From: Psammoneis japonica
Lineage: Eukaryota
Assembly (NCBI GenBank): GCA_008632985.1
Contig: QPGO01000019.1
Location: 62,001-126,000, forward strand
Reading direction: 5' to 3'
Length of the DNA stretch: 64,000 bases
Under the pieces are notes generated by a model that saw nothing but the letters and a program-made list of their open reading frames with translations, ran no database searches and had not been told where the DNA came from. Below are positions 39,290 to 52,282 of the stretch, one piece after another (positions within the stretch are counted from its first letter, which is position 1; each line of letters begins with the position of its first letter). The translations under genes were made by a program, and so were the position numbers.

Positions 39290-40915
39290 CAATCGAAATC
39301 GTGGCAAGGATGTGTTTTTCAGCGAAAATGATGAACAAGAAACGGAAGCTCCCGGGGGACTCGCCTCTCTTTCTAGAGAAAAAGAGTGCTGGTGATGTTG
39401 CATTGGCAAAAAAGACACACGTGTGTTACAAGAAAACAATGCAGCCACGGTGGCATTGGCAAGTTGTTTGAAAAATCTTTGTGCAGCGTCAAGGCCATGG
39501 CATGCATGCGCCAATTGTTTGTTGAATCTTTCATGTCTCATTCCACAAGGACATCATGAAATGTGTCAGGGAACAATGATGATTCATTGTCATGGGACAA
39601 CGCCATCTGAAACAACATCATGTCATTGTCTGAATCATCGTCATGATCGGGTGCTGCGGAGGGAGGATGGAGCGGAGTGGTGTCATCATCAGTGGATGCT
39701 GCATGGCCAGAGCTGGAAGCTGTTGACAACAAGACAAGAATGGCTTGAGGAGGAGGATCATTCCTCACCATTGGCTGTTTCATGGCTTGCTGCAAATGTG
39801 CGATGTTGTGACTCATCGGAGGTGAACTTTGAGGCGCGACGGACGCGTTCCAGGTCTGGGTGGGACCTCGTGCTGCTGAACTGTGACATCGACAGTTTTT
39901 TGAATTGCGTCGCATGTCGCGCACGTACATTTCTGTGTGATTTTGGCAAAATTTTGCATCATTTTATAGTGCAATTGTCAGGCGATCCATTCAACAACTT
40001 TGAACATTTTTTTTTTTCTGCGCCATTCTCGAGTGTCTTAAGAATGGCGCAGGGCAGGCGCATTGTCCAAAACTTCGAGTGCCAACAGAGACACATGCAC
40101 TGCAAACTTGGCCGTTTGTTTCATGTCAAAGACAAATGTGTCCATTGACCACAGTGCAAATTGCAGAGCTCGCACGCAGAATTGTGTGGGGCAAATGTCA
40201 CAAAAAGTCCCACCTGGGGCTGGAACCCGTCGATGATGACATTGTTGTTGGGCGATCCCTCATCTGGTTGCAATCCAGAAGGAGTCATGAATGGCTCAAG
40301 AGTCTTGTTTTCATTTTCACAAAGCAAGCCGTGCAAGGTGAGGAGAGCAGCATCCCACAAGTCTCTGGGCAAAAATGCCTTTTTGCCTTGATGTCTCTCA
40401 AGATCGAGCGATTGCTTGAACGCTCAACCACAGGCATCTGCCTTGGCCAAATCTTGGAAGTTGCCATCTGTGTGTTCTTTTTTCCATGCCGCCCTTGTGT
40501 GGAGCCTTGATTGACAGAGAGAAACAAACCATGGTGTGCAGATTGAAAAACAAATTGTGCGCATCAAACCAAAGTCGGGTTGCAACTTGTTGTTGGGGGT
40601 GGGCATCGCATCATCGTTGTTGGCTCCCCTTTGTGCAGAACGTCGTGTGTTTGGTTGACAATCAGTGAGCACGTCTTTGTTCCAACAAACAAAGCAAAGA
40701 TCTCCATCCATGTCAACGCCCAACTGTGCTGGAGTGGGTGGTGTGTTGAGATTGGTGGGGTTGCCAAATGCAATTTTGCCCAAGTGTTGACCACACAGAA
40801 ATTGCCAGTCACTCTTGCTCATGGTGGCAGGTTTTTATTTTACAAGAGGCACGAGCACAGTGTCCTGTGCTCCACAACACTCGGGTGCTTGTTGAGAAGG
40901 ACATGGTCAAGGAAC
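39290..40915 (-). pseudogene. TpA-mutated duplicate of the 3' end and 3' flank of the RdRP gene
   Basis: Matches about 45041-46255. GVDMDGDLYFICW>GVDMDGDLCFVCW and KADAYG>KADACG. Interrupted by a MITE. Confidence 0.93.
39842..40231 (+). mobile_element. 390-bp MITE, TpA-mutated copy
   Basis: Same TIRs and TSD GACG/GATG. The empty site is visible in the intact RdRP gene at about 45585-45600. Confidence 0.92.
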
Positions 40916-41508
40916 ATTGCGGTTTCAATGCCCCACTTGCGCAAGAGAAGGAAGACAGGGCAAGTGCAATGGGTGTGCAGTCCGACACATGGCACAGAGC
41001 AGAAAGGAAGAACATTCAAGGTTGTCATCTAGTTGGGATCAAGATCTAATCCAAGCAATCCCATCCGAACGGCGTAGTCAGAAATTATTTAGTTTACATG
41101 TTTGCACCCAAAATCGCCACACACTAGTAGATTGGCTCTTTTACAGCTTACTCGATGACTGGACGGAGCTGGGCACTTCCCACCAAACCTCCCCTTCTAT
41201 CAGCGTGGTCCAGACCTCGGATGCTTGGAGTTTTGGCCCAGCACGGATGCGGATTGACGCCTCACAGACAACCACCACCGTTGCGGCGACAGGGACTAAG
41301 CATTACTAGTGCTATGACTTATAAAGAAAGAGTTTCCGAGTCAATTTTCTCTTCCAATTGCTATCGTACTTTTCGACAAGCATTGCCGAACGATGACGTT
41401 TGCGGGCTGAACGACAAACTTTTCATACATCTACTCTAGAAAGGTAGACCGGAGAGTCCATACTACCAAAACGAGCCCGTCTGAAAATCTTCTCCAACAG
41501 TGGTAGGC

Positions 41509-42850
41509 TTATAAGTTTTGCCCCGTCATATACGGAACAATATGTTTTGCGGAAAAAGATCGGATGATTTCATACTGGTCAGCTTCATCCACCATATCCA
41601 ACAGGTCAAGCTCGTTGGCGACGTCGCAGTTAGAGTGAGGTGCAAATAGCTGCAAAACGCTCGCCATGTCGCTCGTCTGATTGCAATCCCCAGCTCCATC
41701 ATTGTTGTTTGGGGATTCCATGCCACTTGAAGAGTTGCCGCCAGGACCGGATGGTGGATGCTGATTCCCGTACTGGTGGTTTTCCATCCCGTGCCTGAGA
41801 GCCGCTGCTGCTGCCGCCGCCGCCGCCACCACCAAAATTACTGCGAGCTTGTTTGTGCATGTGATCTTCCCTTATCGTATCCATGACAGCTTCAAATGAA
41901 AGACGGTCGACAAAAGTAGTTGGGAGAGTTTCTCGGTGTGACTCGTCGTTGAGGCTTTCCAAAATGTATTTTGACAGCCCTGCAGCTCCTTCGCCCTGGA
42001 GTTCGAGTTTGTGGAGAGCCACTCCCGCGCCTTCTTCTTTTTGGGCGAACCAATAAAATGTCCAGGAGTGGTTTAGATCTGTCAAAGCAGAAACTACAGC
42101 ATGTGTGCAATTTAGATAGGACGCCGCCAAGTGTTCACATATTGTCTGTGGATTGTGATCTTTAGCTTGTAACTTCTTGGGCTTCTTCAGTTCAAGCAGA
42201 GCTTCAACACAGTTCCGGATTGCGTTGTTTCGAATATCTTTTGCTTTTGCTATCACCACATCCGTAGTTCCACTGATTTTCCGACTTCCCCCCAACCCTG
42301 TGAGTTCAACAGACAAGAGCGCCCTCATCCGTTGCACGTCCCCCATCTAGTAATTCGCTGGCAATTGCAAGTTGTTTTCAAGATGCGCCATATATTTTGC
42401 CCGATTTTCAGTAGAATCGTTGTTGCTTGTCAGCCACTCAAATTCAGGGAATGCCCCAGAGTTCGCAGGTTTATTTGGCCAAGAAGCACCTTCCTCCGGT
42501 AGTTCTAGCATATCCAACATTTCCTTCCCTGCCGAGGCTGTAGCGTCTGATAATACAATGGTTCTTTTCTTCGCGATATAATCGTTTCCGAAGGCGATAA
42601 TCCCAGCCATCGCATCGGAAGGTATTTCCTGCTGCTGCTGTTGAAGCTTGTTGAACAATATGTTGCGATGCGGTGGACTGATATTCAGCGAGCCAAGATC
42701 GTCCCGCTGGATGTTAAGTAACGATGACGGATAGACATAGCCACCTTCAAACAGAGTAGAAGCCACTTGGGCAGCGACGAGCGCCGGTACATACCGGTCC
42801 TCGGCAAGCCATTTCCGGACCTCCTCCGCTGTCTTGAACTCTTCCTCCAT
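41509..42850 (-). pseudogene. Crinkler-like protein: SAM-like N-terminus + PD-(D/E)xK nuclease-like domain; in-frame TAG at 42347-42349 and a C-terminal frameshift
   Basis: SGTTDVVI...LLELKK...QTICEHLAA...LTDLNHSWTFYW. The two ORFs are in the same frame, separated only by TAG. Confidence 0.65.
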
Positions 42851-43942
42851 TTTTAATCTAGATATGGATAAAGATTTTTACTAGATTGGCGTTCCCTTCG
42901 ATACAGCAATACTGTAACACCTTTGTGCGAGTCGTCCCGTGCGCGCTGCTATGGGTCCCAGCCCCTAAGTAAAACCAAGCTGGCGTGGCAGGTCACTCCT
43001 GATGAGCGCACTGTACAGACCATCACCACGGTGAATTTGATCAAATCTCGCACCGACGATGGTGATTGTTGCGACGCCACGAAAGTCATCTAAACCTTCG
43101 TTTCTGCAAGAACGCATTTGACATGTTGTCAATTAGCATCTGTTTGACAGGAATCTAAACACGTTCTCCATGATTTTGATTTTGTGGCGAGTTGTTGACA
43201 AACACACCGATTCAGTCGTTCGTGACACCATGTCACATGCCGATTCTGCATCCAACACCCATGCGCCAGAAACCCACTGAGAGTAAAAGCCGGTGGTTTC
43301 ACAAAGGCAAGTGACATGCAACCAAAATGGCACCATCATTGTGCCAAAGTCTCGCTGCTGGTTGTCTCACTCAACTGTTGTGCAGAGACAAAACGGCGCT
43401 GACAGACAATCATGTGGTTTTTGGTTTTCACCGATTCACAAATTGTGAGAACACAAAATGCACCACTCTGCAACCAACAAGAATTGCAAAGAAACAAGAA
43501 ATGACCAAAAGATGTGCCAAAGGCAACACAGATGAACACAGGGGACAAAGACTTGACACAAACAAGAAGCTCTTGTTGGTGTGAGAACAAGAACAAAGTG
43601 AGCTCTCTTCTTGATTTGAACCTCAAAATTCTTGATTGGGTTTGCGTTTGTTGATCTGAAGATGGTTCGGTCATTGACGGTGGTCACAGTCATGAGTCAT
43701 TCTCACAGCTTGAGGCATGTTGAATGCACGAACATGCATGTGTGATGTTGCGGCAGCCAGCTCACACTGTCAATCCTTGTGTGAGCTCTTGTCGATGAAT
43801 CCAATGTCGCGGCAACATTGCCAAACCCGTTTTGGCAATGCCAATGACAAGAGGAACATTTTTCAAAACTTTGACAAAGAGCAAGTGCAGTGTGATCAGC
43901 CAAGTGTTTTTGAGTGTGAGAGGGTGGGGCGCGGGGTGGATT

Positions 43943-44331
43943 GACGGGCTCCAGTCCCAGGACCGTGTGACATTGGGCCCGTGGAATTCTGCGTGCGAGC
44001 TCCGCAGCAAATTTGTGCTGCAATGAAAATGCAAATCATCGCCAACAGAAAAAGAGGCAATTTTGCGAAAGCGTCTCCTCCTTCATGCTTGTGGTGCATC
44101 ATTGACAGTTTGCCCGGGCACATTCTTCAGACATTGAAGAACATGCCCAGCGCATTTTCACTCTCACAAATGTTGAAAATAGAAAGCCTTTGGCTTCGCA
44201 AAACAGGGAGCATGAAACAATTTCGCAGAATTTAGCACATGGAAATGTGCGGCGTGACATGTGACACGATCCAAAAACTGTTGATGTCACAGTGCAGTGG
44301 TGCGAGGTCCCACCTGGAGCTGGAATGCATT
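43943..44331 (-). mobile_element. 389-bp MITE, inverted TpA-mutated copy
   Basis: Both ends are reverse complements of the 38864-39253 ends, with TSD GATT (43939-43942, 44332-44335). Confidence 0.85.
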
Positions 44332-45279
44332 GATTTTGGAGCGAAAATGCAGAGTGAAGTTGGCGCACTGTTCAAAAGAATCAGCCAAACAACGTTGACA
44401 AAGTTGCACATTGATGACACTCTCCTGTAGAAGAACAAAGTCAGGTGATGGAAGTGCCCCCTTGCTTGTGTGCTTGCTAGATTGATGTCAGAGACGCAAA
44501 TTGTCAACTCTGAAAATGGAAAGTGTGGCTTGTGAACGTGTTTTCATGGATTGTGCTTCATCCATTTATGGCATGAAAGAGGTCAAACACAGTTGTCACA
44601 ACCTCAATGATGAATTGTAAAGAAGACTTTGCCATAAAATGTGCTTTGTGTTGACGTCATCAGCCATCTCGGTGTTGAGAAATGGTCAATTTTCTTCATC
44701 GCACCCCCGAGTCACGTGTCTTGAATCCCCCATGATCCGCTCGACTCGAAATTTTTGGAAGAACTGGCTAGACTTTGACCCCGGCTAGAGCCACAAAATA
44801 CCCGAGGTATGAGCATTATCAGTCTCCTACTCTTTAAACCAATGTCTTGCGAGAATGTAACAGGTATGTATTGTTCATGGTGTTGGGTATTTGGAAATGG
44901 AACTAACTTTTCGCGGGGCGCCTTTATTGCACGTGAAAGTGTGAGGGACGATTTTTCGTGATCGCTCTATTACTAACCCAACCTTACACTTGCGACCCCA
45001 AAAGTTGCCGGGAACTTCATATTTGAATGTCTGCAATTCCAAATCGAAATCGTGGCAAGAATGTGTTTTTTAGCGAAAATGAACAAGAAAAGAAGCTCCC
45101 GGGGGACTCGCCTCTTTCTAGAGAGAGAGAGAGTGCTGGTGATGTTGCATTGGTAAAAAAGACACGCTTGTGTTGCAAAATGGAGCCACGGTGTCATTGA
45201 CAAGTTGTTTGAAGAAACTTTTTATACAGTATCAAGGTTGTAGCATGCATGTGTCAATTATTTGTTGAATCTTCCATGC

Positions 45280-48200
45280 CTATTCAACAATGACATCATG
45301 AAACGTGTCACGGAACAATGACGATTCATTGTCATGCGACGACGCCGTCTGAAACGACATCATGTCATCATCTTCGTCGTCGACCTCTGAATCACCGTCA
45401 TAATCGGATACTACGGGAAGCGAGCGGAACGTATCCGTATCATCATTGGTGGATGCCGCGTGGCTCGAGCTTGAAGCCATTGGTGACGAAAGAAGAACGG
45501 TTTGAGGAGGAGGATTGTTCCTCGCCCTTGGCTGTTCAACGGTTTGCTGCAAAGGTGTGACGTGACTCGGAAGCGAACTTTGAGACGCGACGACGACATT
45601 GTTGTTGGACGATCCCTCGTCTGGTTGCACTCCAGAAGGAGTCATGACTAGTTCAAGAGTCTCGTTCTCATTGTCACAAAGCAAGCCGTGCAAGGTGAGG
45701 GGAACGGCATCCCACAAGTCTCTGGGCAAAAACACCTTTTTGCCTTGTTTCTCGAGGTCGAGCGATTGCTTAAACGCTCGACCGTAGGCATCTGCCTTGG
45801 CAATATCTTGGTGGTTACCGTCCGTGTGTTCCTTTTTCCATGCCTTGTATAGAGCCTTGATTAATAGAGAGAAACGAACCATGGTGCGTAGATTGAAGAA
45901 CAAATTGCGCGCGTCGTCAAACCAAGTCGGATTGTGACTTGTTGTTGGGATGGGCGTCGCATCGTCGTCCGTTCCCCTTGATACGGAACGTCTTGTGTTT
46001 GGTTGACACTCGGCGAGCACGTCCTTGTTCCAGCAAATAAAGTAAAGATCTCCGTCCATGTCGACGCCCAACTGTGCTGGAATGGGTGGCGTGTTGAGAT
46101 CGGCAGGGTTGCCGAATATGATTTTGCCAAAGTGTTGGCCGCGCAGAAACGACCAGTCACTCTCGCTCATGGCGGCGGGTTTCGATTTTACAAGAGGCAC
46201 AAGCATGGCGTCCTGGGCTCCACAACTGGGATACTTGTTGAGAAGGACATGATTTACGTCGACGCTTTCAAAGCCGGGAATAAACGCAAATCCGGCAGGA
46301 ATAGAGTCGGTGGGGTCGGGGACGCCCACCACGTTGGCGTGCTCCAGACCGACGCCTTTTTGCTGTCGACTGGCACTCACATAGTCGTCAATGGTTTCTT
46401 GTGATACTCCGCACTGCTTCCATAGAGTTTCAAGCATGAAACCCAGCTTTTTGGGAATGAACGAATCCGGTGGCTCCTTCCCACCCGAGAGAATGTTTCC
46501 TACGTACACATTCGTTTTGGTCGGGTGCAGGCCTGCGCCAGCAATAACCAGGCAAGCATGGCATACATGGCTCCCAGCGACTCGAGATGGTGCGAGCTTT
46601 CGCATCGAGCGAGTAATCTGAATCTTGTGGATGCCAGGTTTCTCGGTCAGCATGCCCTTGTACACACCAAGCGCCGGACACCAAACACGGACTTGAATGT
46701 CACTTGTGCGCTTACCGATCGCGTGGTTACCCAGGAACTTCTCAATGTAGCTCCTGGGAATGTAGCCGCACCCCATGGACTTGTCGTATCCATAATACGT
46801 GGGATCATCAATCATTTCAAAGTCCAAAGCATCCAGATTGATGAGAAAGAAATCTTGATCTTTCCGGTTGGACTTGACAGCGGGGCTGTTGAGCAACTTG
46901 ATGCGAGCGGCTGCCTTGTGCGGCGTTTCGATACCAAAGTCAGCGACGGCTTCCAGCTCTTGTTGTATGTCAACAGTAGGAATTCCAGGTCCCGACACCA
47001 AGACGTACTGAATCCAAATCTTCATGAGAGGAATGTCTCCCTTCTGCTTGCTTTGCTTTACTTGGGCACACAGCAACTCGTAACGACGGCCATTTTGCAC
47101 TCGTACGCTTTTGGAGGAAAGTGTGGGTCTTGAAATCTCTCCACACTTGACTCTGCACATCCCATAGCTATTTCATAGTGCAACAGCCGATCTCCAAATA
47201 TCTTGTACGCCATGGTGCGCTTGCGATCACTTTTGTGTCCGGGTGCTTCGAGCACCACTAGTCCAATGTTGAGTCCAAGTTCTTGTGATAATCAGGATCG
47301 TGTGCGCCTTGGACGGCCCAGGGATTATCCTGATCTTGTGGTGTTGCTCTAGCTTGAATGCTTACAGGGGCGGGAGCAGTAGGCTGAGTTGGCTGTGGTG
47401 GAGTCACTTCTCTCGACGCTCGAGAGGACTGCACACGCATCGGTTGCGGAATCGACGGTCTCGACACGCGAGAAGTGCCAGATTGGCCGGATACCTCACG
47501 AGTATTATCCTGCTCTTGTGGTGTTGCTCTACCTCGAATGCTTACTGGGACGGGAGCAGTAGGCTGAGCAGGCGCCGGTGGAGACGACACTCGAGAGGAC
47601 TGCGCACGTGTCGGTTGCGGAATCGACGGTCTCGATACGCGAGAAGTACCAGACTGGCCGGATACCTCACGAGTATTGGAGATAAGCAACAATCGATCTG
47701 GCAGCAGATGAGTAGTCACACCCTCATATTCACCCGCTGAAACGATACGCAACTTGATCTTTTGGGGACAAATCTTGAGAACTTCAGCGGTTTGGTCCTT
47801 GTACTTGCCATCTGTTACTCGCACTTCATTGCCAATGGCAAGTCCAAGTTGTTGAAGAGGGTTAGGATTGTAAGTCCCTTGGGCAGCCCAGGCATTTTCT
47901 TGCTGTAGTGATGTTTCAGCAGTTCGAAAACTTACAACAGAAGGAGGTGCGACAGACTGAGCGGGCGGTGGTGGCACTGGTATCGTCACTCGAGAGGAAT
48001 GGACATGTGCTGGTGTCGGAAGAATCGGCGGACTTGACATGCTTGAGGCATCAACGGGCTGAGGCTGTTCGGACATCTCTTGAGGAAAGATAGACTGAGC
48101 CGGCGTCGGTGGCGTCACTTCTCTCGACATTTGAGAGGACGGCAAACTCCTTGGAGACGAAATCGAAGTTCTAGAAGTGGACGAGGCATTAAATTGCCCC

Positions 48201-48397
48201 GATACCCCGCGAGTATTGGCGATAAGCAACAATTGATCTGGCAGCAGATGAGGAGTCATGCCCTCATGCTCACCCGCTGAAACGATACGCAATTGGATCT
48301 TTTTGGGACAAAGCTTGACAACTTCAGCAGTTTGGTTGCTGTACTTGCCACGTGTTACCCGTTCTTGATTTCCTACTTGATATGGATGAGTCGACAT
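45280..48397 (-). CDS. Eukaryotic (RNAi-type) RNA-dependent RNA polymerase-like protein with KOW-like repeats; two frameshifts near 47290 and 47160
   Basis: GCGYIP, QVRV...YKGML, GVPDPT, KYPS...D and catalytic DMDGD+LYFICW. Two copies of RVT.GKY..QTAEV and Pro/Ser-rich repeats at the N-terminus. Confidence 0.85.
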
Positions 48398-49779
48398 GAT
48401 GAGTGGGAGGAAGGCGAGGATGTCTGTGGTTTTTCGTGGCGCTTGTTTGTTCTGAAAGAATAAACTCGTCGACGATTGTGGGAGTGTACAAAATGTGACA
48501 GGAACCTGTTTGAATTTAAAAATAAAAAGAAGCAAGCCTGAAGAAACTCAACACAGGTAGTGGACTTGATGGCAAGTCGTTTAGTACAATGAACTGTCGA
48601 TTCATCGCCCATCGATCGAACGCTCATCCGCCGCACATCATCGATCATCGCCGTTTGATTTCAAGCGATGAAAAAGCGATGGAAGGTGGTGCGCGAACGC
48701 GCGCGCTTTCGAAGGGCCGCGCAGCCGCGCAGAGGAACAGAGCACAGCCAAGAAACAAAAAAAACATTTTGCCATCAATTCATGTGTGCTGGGGGCAAGT
48801 GCGTTCGGAGCTTTCTCTTCATCCTGTTTCTAACTAAAGCAGTCTCAAGAACATAAAAACGGTGGCTCATTCAACAAAAGCCCCCAGTGTTCAGTGATCT
48901 TGCAGCTGGCCCAGGGCTTTCAGCACTGGAACCTTGCACACCATGACCCCGCGCTTCTCACCTCTCTGGAGCAAGCCAGAGGACTCTCTCCAACTCCCGA
49001 TGCCATGGCTTTTCCTCCATCAGAGGTGACTTTTTTTTCTTTTTTGCAAGCCTGCAGATGCTTGACCAACTGTCAAGCCCAGGACAGATCTTGCCTGTCT
49101 TGGAAGCCTGCAGCTTGTTCCAGGAGGGGGGCTCAAGAGCTCAGCTCATCCAGCCCAACAAACAACAACAGCACGCACAACAAACCTTGCAAATCTCCCA
49201 TCTGCAGAGTGACATGGCCTGTCCACCCAGAGCTTTCATCATCATAGAAACACCCCATTGACTTGCCCAGCATCAGCCTTGGGCTCAATTGCTTCTGGTG
49301 CGCACTCAATGACGACACAGTGCATGGACATGATTCTGAAACTCAGAAGTCTTCGCAGCATCGTGACACTGAAGCAGAGGTGAAAGCCATTTGCTTGTGA
49401 TCAGATGACTGCCTGGCAAGAGACAAGGCATTTCTGTTGGATTTGGTGAAGGAACATCTTGCTCATTCGACACATCGCCTTTGCAGCGGGTTGGCCATGG
49501 TCAAACAAATGTTCAAGTCAAGCACCAGAGAAGCAAAACATTTTTGCTGCCAGAGGCACAAGAACCATCACCAATTGCTGCATGCTCCTGCCACACTGTC
49601 AATGTGCCAGGGGTGCAGGTTAGCTTGATGCTGGAGGCCAGTGTGCAAGTGCAGCAGCACTTTAAAAGCAGATTTTGGGGTTTTGTTTTGAGCCCAATTG
49701 CTTCTTTCTCTTTTTGGGGCTTTGCAAGAGAGTTTGGCAAAGGCTCTCCTGCTCCTGTGGCCTCGCCACCACCAGCGGC

Positions 49780-50700
49780 ACATTGTCAAGGATTTTTGTT
49801 GTCAATGAGACATCACCCACACATTGAACATGTTGGTGTGCCCTTTCTGCTTCCAGCAGATTCACAGCACAGGTGCTTCCAACTGCACCAACTTTGCAAG
49901 TGTCATTGGAAAAAGCTGTGCTGTCATTTCCAAAGATGCCGCTGCTGCCTTGAGCTCCAATGTTGAGAGCTTGAACAACCTTCCCTTGCCTCTCAATTGG
50001 CTCCTGCAATCCCACAGAGCCACCCCATTCTCATGTGATCAAAGTGCAGACTGGCATGTGCTGTGCTGTTAACTCAAGCAAAAATTGAGAGTGTGTGTAA
50101 TCTTGCAAAAGTCCTTGAGTGGGCCAATGCTTGACAAGATGTCATGCACATTGGGGAGAGCATTGGAGATGCAGGGTTTCTTGGGAATGTCCATGTGCTG
50201 CTGCTCCAGCTTGTGCCACTGGCTCATTCTTTTGTTGAAGAAATGTCTTGGGCTGCAAACAACTTTGTTTTCTTCATTTCCTTCAGCTCAGATGATGCTC
50301 TCCCAGCAACCAGATCCATCACATGCAGTGGCTGTTCTCTTCCAACAAGACGACTCTCTTGCAATTGTTGTTGGTTGTTTCCAACAAGCCCACCTGTCCT
50401 GCTGCCGCCAGAAACTGCACAAGTCACAAACTCTGTCAACAGCTGAGTTTGCAGCACCTTGGTGTTCAATGAGGCCTGCTCTGCCATGAAGCTCAAACCA
50501 AGTCATCCTTGTCACATTGACGCCAGCCACCAGATGCACAGCTGCCAACAATTTTGCACAACCACAACCTTTAAACTCTGCCATGCCTCCACCAACCATC
50601 CCTTTGCACTCAACTGTGCTGCCATGAGCAGAAGAGCCAGAAATCCTTGTGAACATGATGGAACATTGTTGAAGATGTTGTCATGCATCACTGCAAAGTC
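49780..50700 (-). pseudogene. Strongly decayed GLUG-family paralog in a TpA-free tract
   Basis: Residual GSTCAVNLLE and VSGGSRTGGLVG match the GLUG gene's C-terminal half. Confidence 0.6.
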
Positions 50701-51271
50701 CTTCCTCAGAAGCCAAGTGACAGGAGCTTGTCACACCAAGCCAGTCAAAAAAGCAGCACAAAAAAAGAAAGAGAGCAAGAAGAAGGAATTGCCTGGCTTC
50801 CATTTTCTCTGCCAAACTAATGTGCCATTCATTTGCAGTTGAGCAGCGCAGTGAAGGCTTCACATGTCCACACGCCATGGTGGCTGTTCTAGCTGGCTGG
50901 CTCTTGCTCTGGGCAGTGGCCACTGCATGCAGGGCAAGGAGAGAAGGAAGGAGGTGTCAGCCACACCAGGTGCTGATGCCAGCCAGCGACAGAAGGTGCC
51001 ACTAATTGATGGTAAAGTGACCACTGATCTCATGTGAATGGACCACTGATCTCGTGTGAATGGCTTGAAATCTGCCGTTTAGCCAAACGAAAACATCCGA
51101 AGCTCCAACATGCTGCGGAAGATGTTCGTCGCAAAGCGCATGAATTTAAAGCTTATCAGACTAAAGAATGAGTGCGTTCGCTTGTTTTTACGACTCACAA
51201 TGTTGTGGGTTTCTGTCCATTAGCCGTAGATACTGACTGCAAAGGCCAAAAAGATCTATTTTAAATGACAC

Positions 51272-52282
51272 TTAAAAGCAGTTGGGAGCAAACAGCGCAT
51301 CATCCACGGTAGAGGTGAACTCGTCATTGCACCAAAAAGACGCCAAACTGTGACCAAATCGTACGCAAGAGTCGTGATCGGCACAGTCTCTTGTATACTG
51401 ACTTCCAGAACCACAGCCGGCACCGCAACGGCCAAAGCAGCTTCCAAAAGCAAACTCCACGCTTGCGTCATGATCAGGTTCATAGCATTGCCAACTCCCG
51501 TTTTTCCAGAAGTATGTTCCGTCATCGCAACCGCCATCATCGATTGGGGCGATATAGGCAAAGTACGTTGTCTTGTCGTGCCACCTATTGTAGCTCCAAT
51601 CGTCATGCGTCACCTCATAAAATTGTATAAAGAACTACAGATGGAAGTGCATGCAAGACGACGACGAGATTGACCCTTCTCCACAATTTCAAGAGACTCG
51701 TCCTCGTCTTTAGTAGCGATGAGCACCCTTTTGCCACCTGGTGGTGTGGGGGCATCTTGTGGAACCGGAGATGACGTGTCGTGGGCTTCCCGATCTGCCT
51801 GCCGAGCAAGTTCTTTCTCCACATCAAGCTCTATTCCATGTCAAGGGTTTCGGGCCACCTGGAGAGGAGACTGGCAGAGCGTGAAGACTGAGACCCAACA
51901 GCTTCAACAGTGTCAGCATCAATGCATCATCTGCATCCAGTGCTTCTGCAAGAGCTGAAAGGAATGACTGTTCGTCGGGATTGAGTGGTCCTTTTTTCCC
52001 TCGAATGTTGATGGTGATCTCTTGGTCTTTCGGATCGGTGAAGACCTGAACGACGCGACCCGGTGCCAACTCGTACACTATCATATGGCCCTTGCCGTTT
52101 GCGCCAGGATTCGCTTCAAAGGAAGGGCCTTCTGTCAGTGCCCGCAAGCCACGCCGCCCGGTACCAGTGGCATGGGCTCTAATCGTATCCACAGTCGAAT
52201 CGGTGATGACTACAGAGGCCTTCGCAAAGCAAGGGAAAAGAAGCAGGAATAGTGACGAAGAAAGAATGGAGGTACGCATCAT
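51272..52282 (-). CDS. Secreted protein with Cys-rich C-terminal domain (CFGRCGAGC...DCADHDSC); frameshifts near 51830 and 51615
   Basis: Signal peptide MMRTSILSSSLFLLLFPCFAKA, RRL processing-like site, and three consecutive ORF pieces. Confidence 0.7.

Noticed and set aside
42980..43090. Hammerhead ribozyme (CTGATGAG ... CGAAA)
   Set aside because: I could not build stem II directly against GAAA or consistent stems I and III. An Infernal/Rfam search would settle it.
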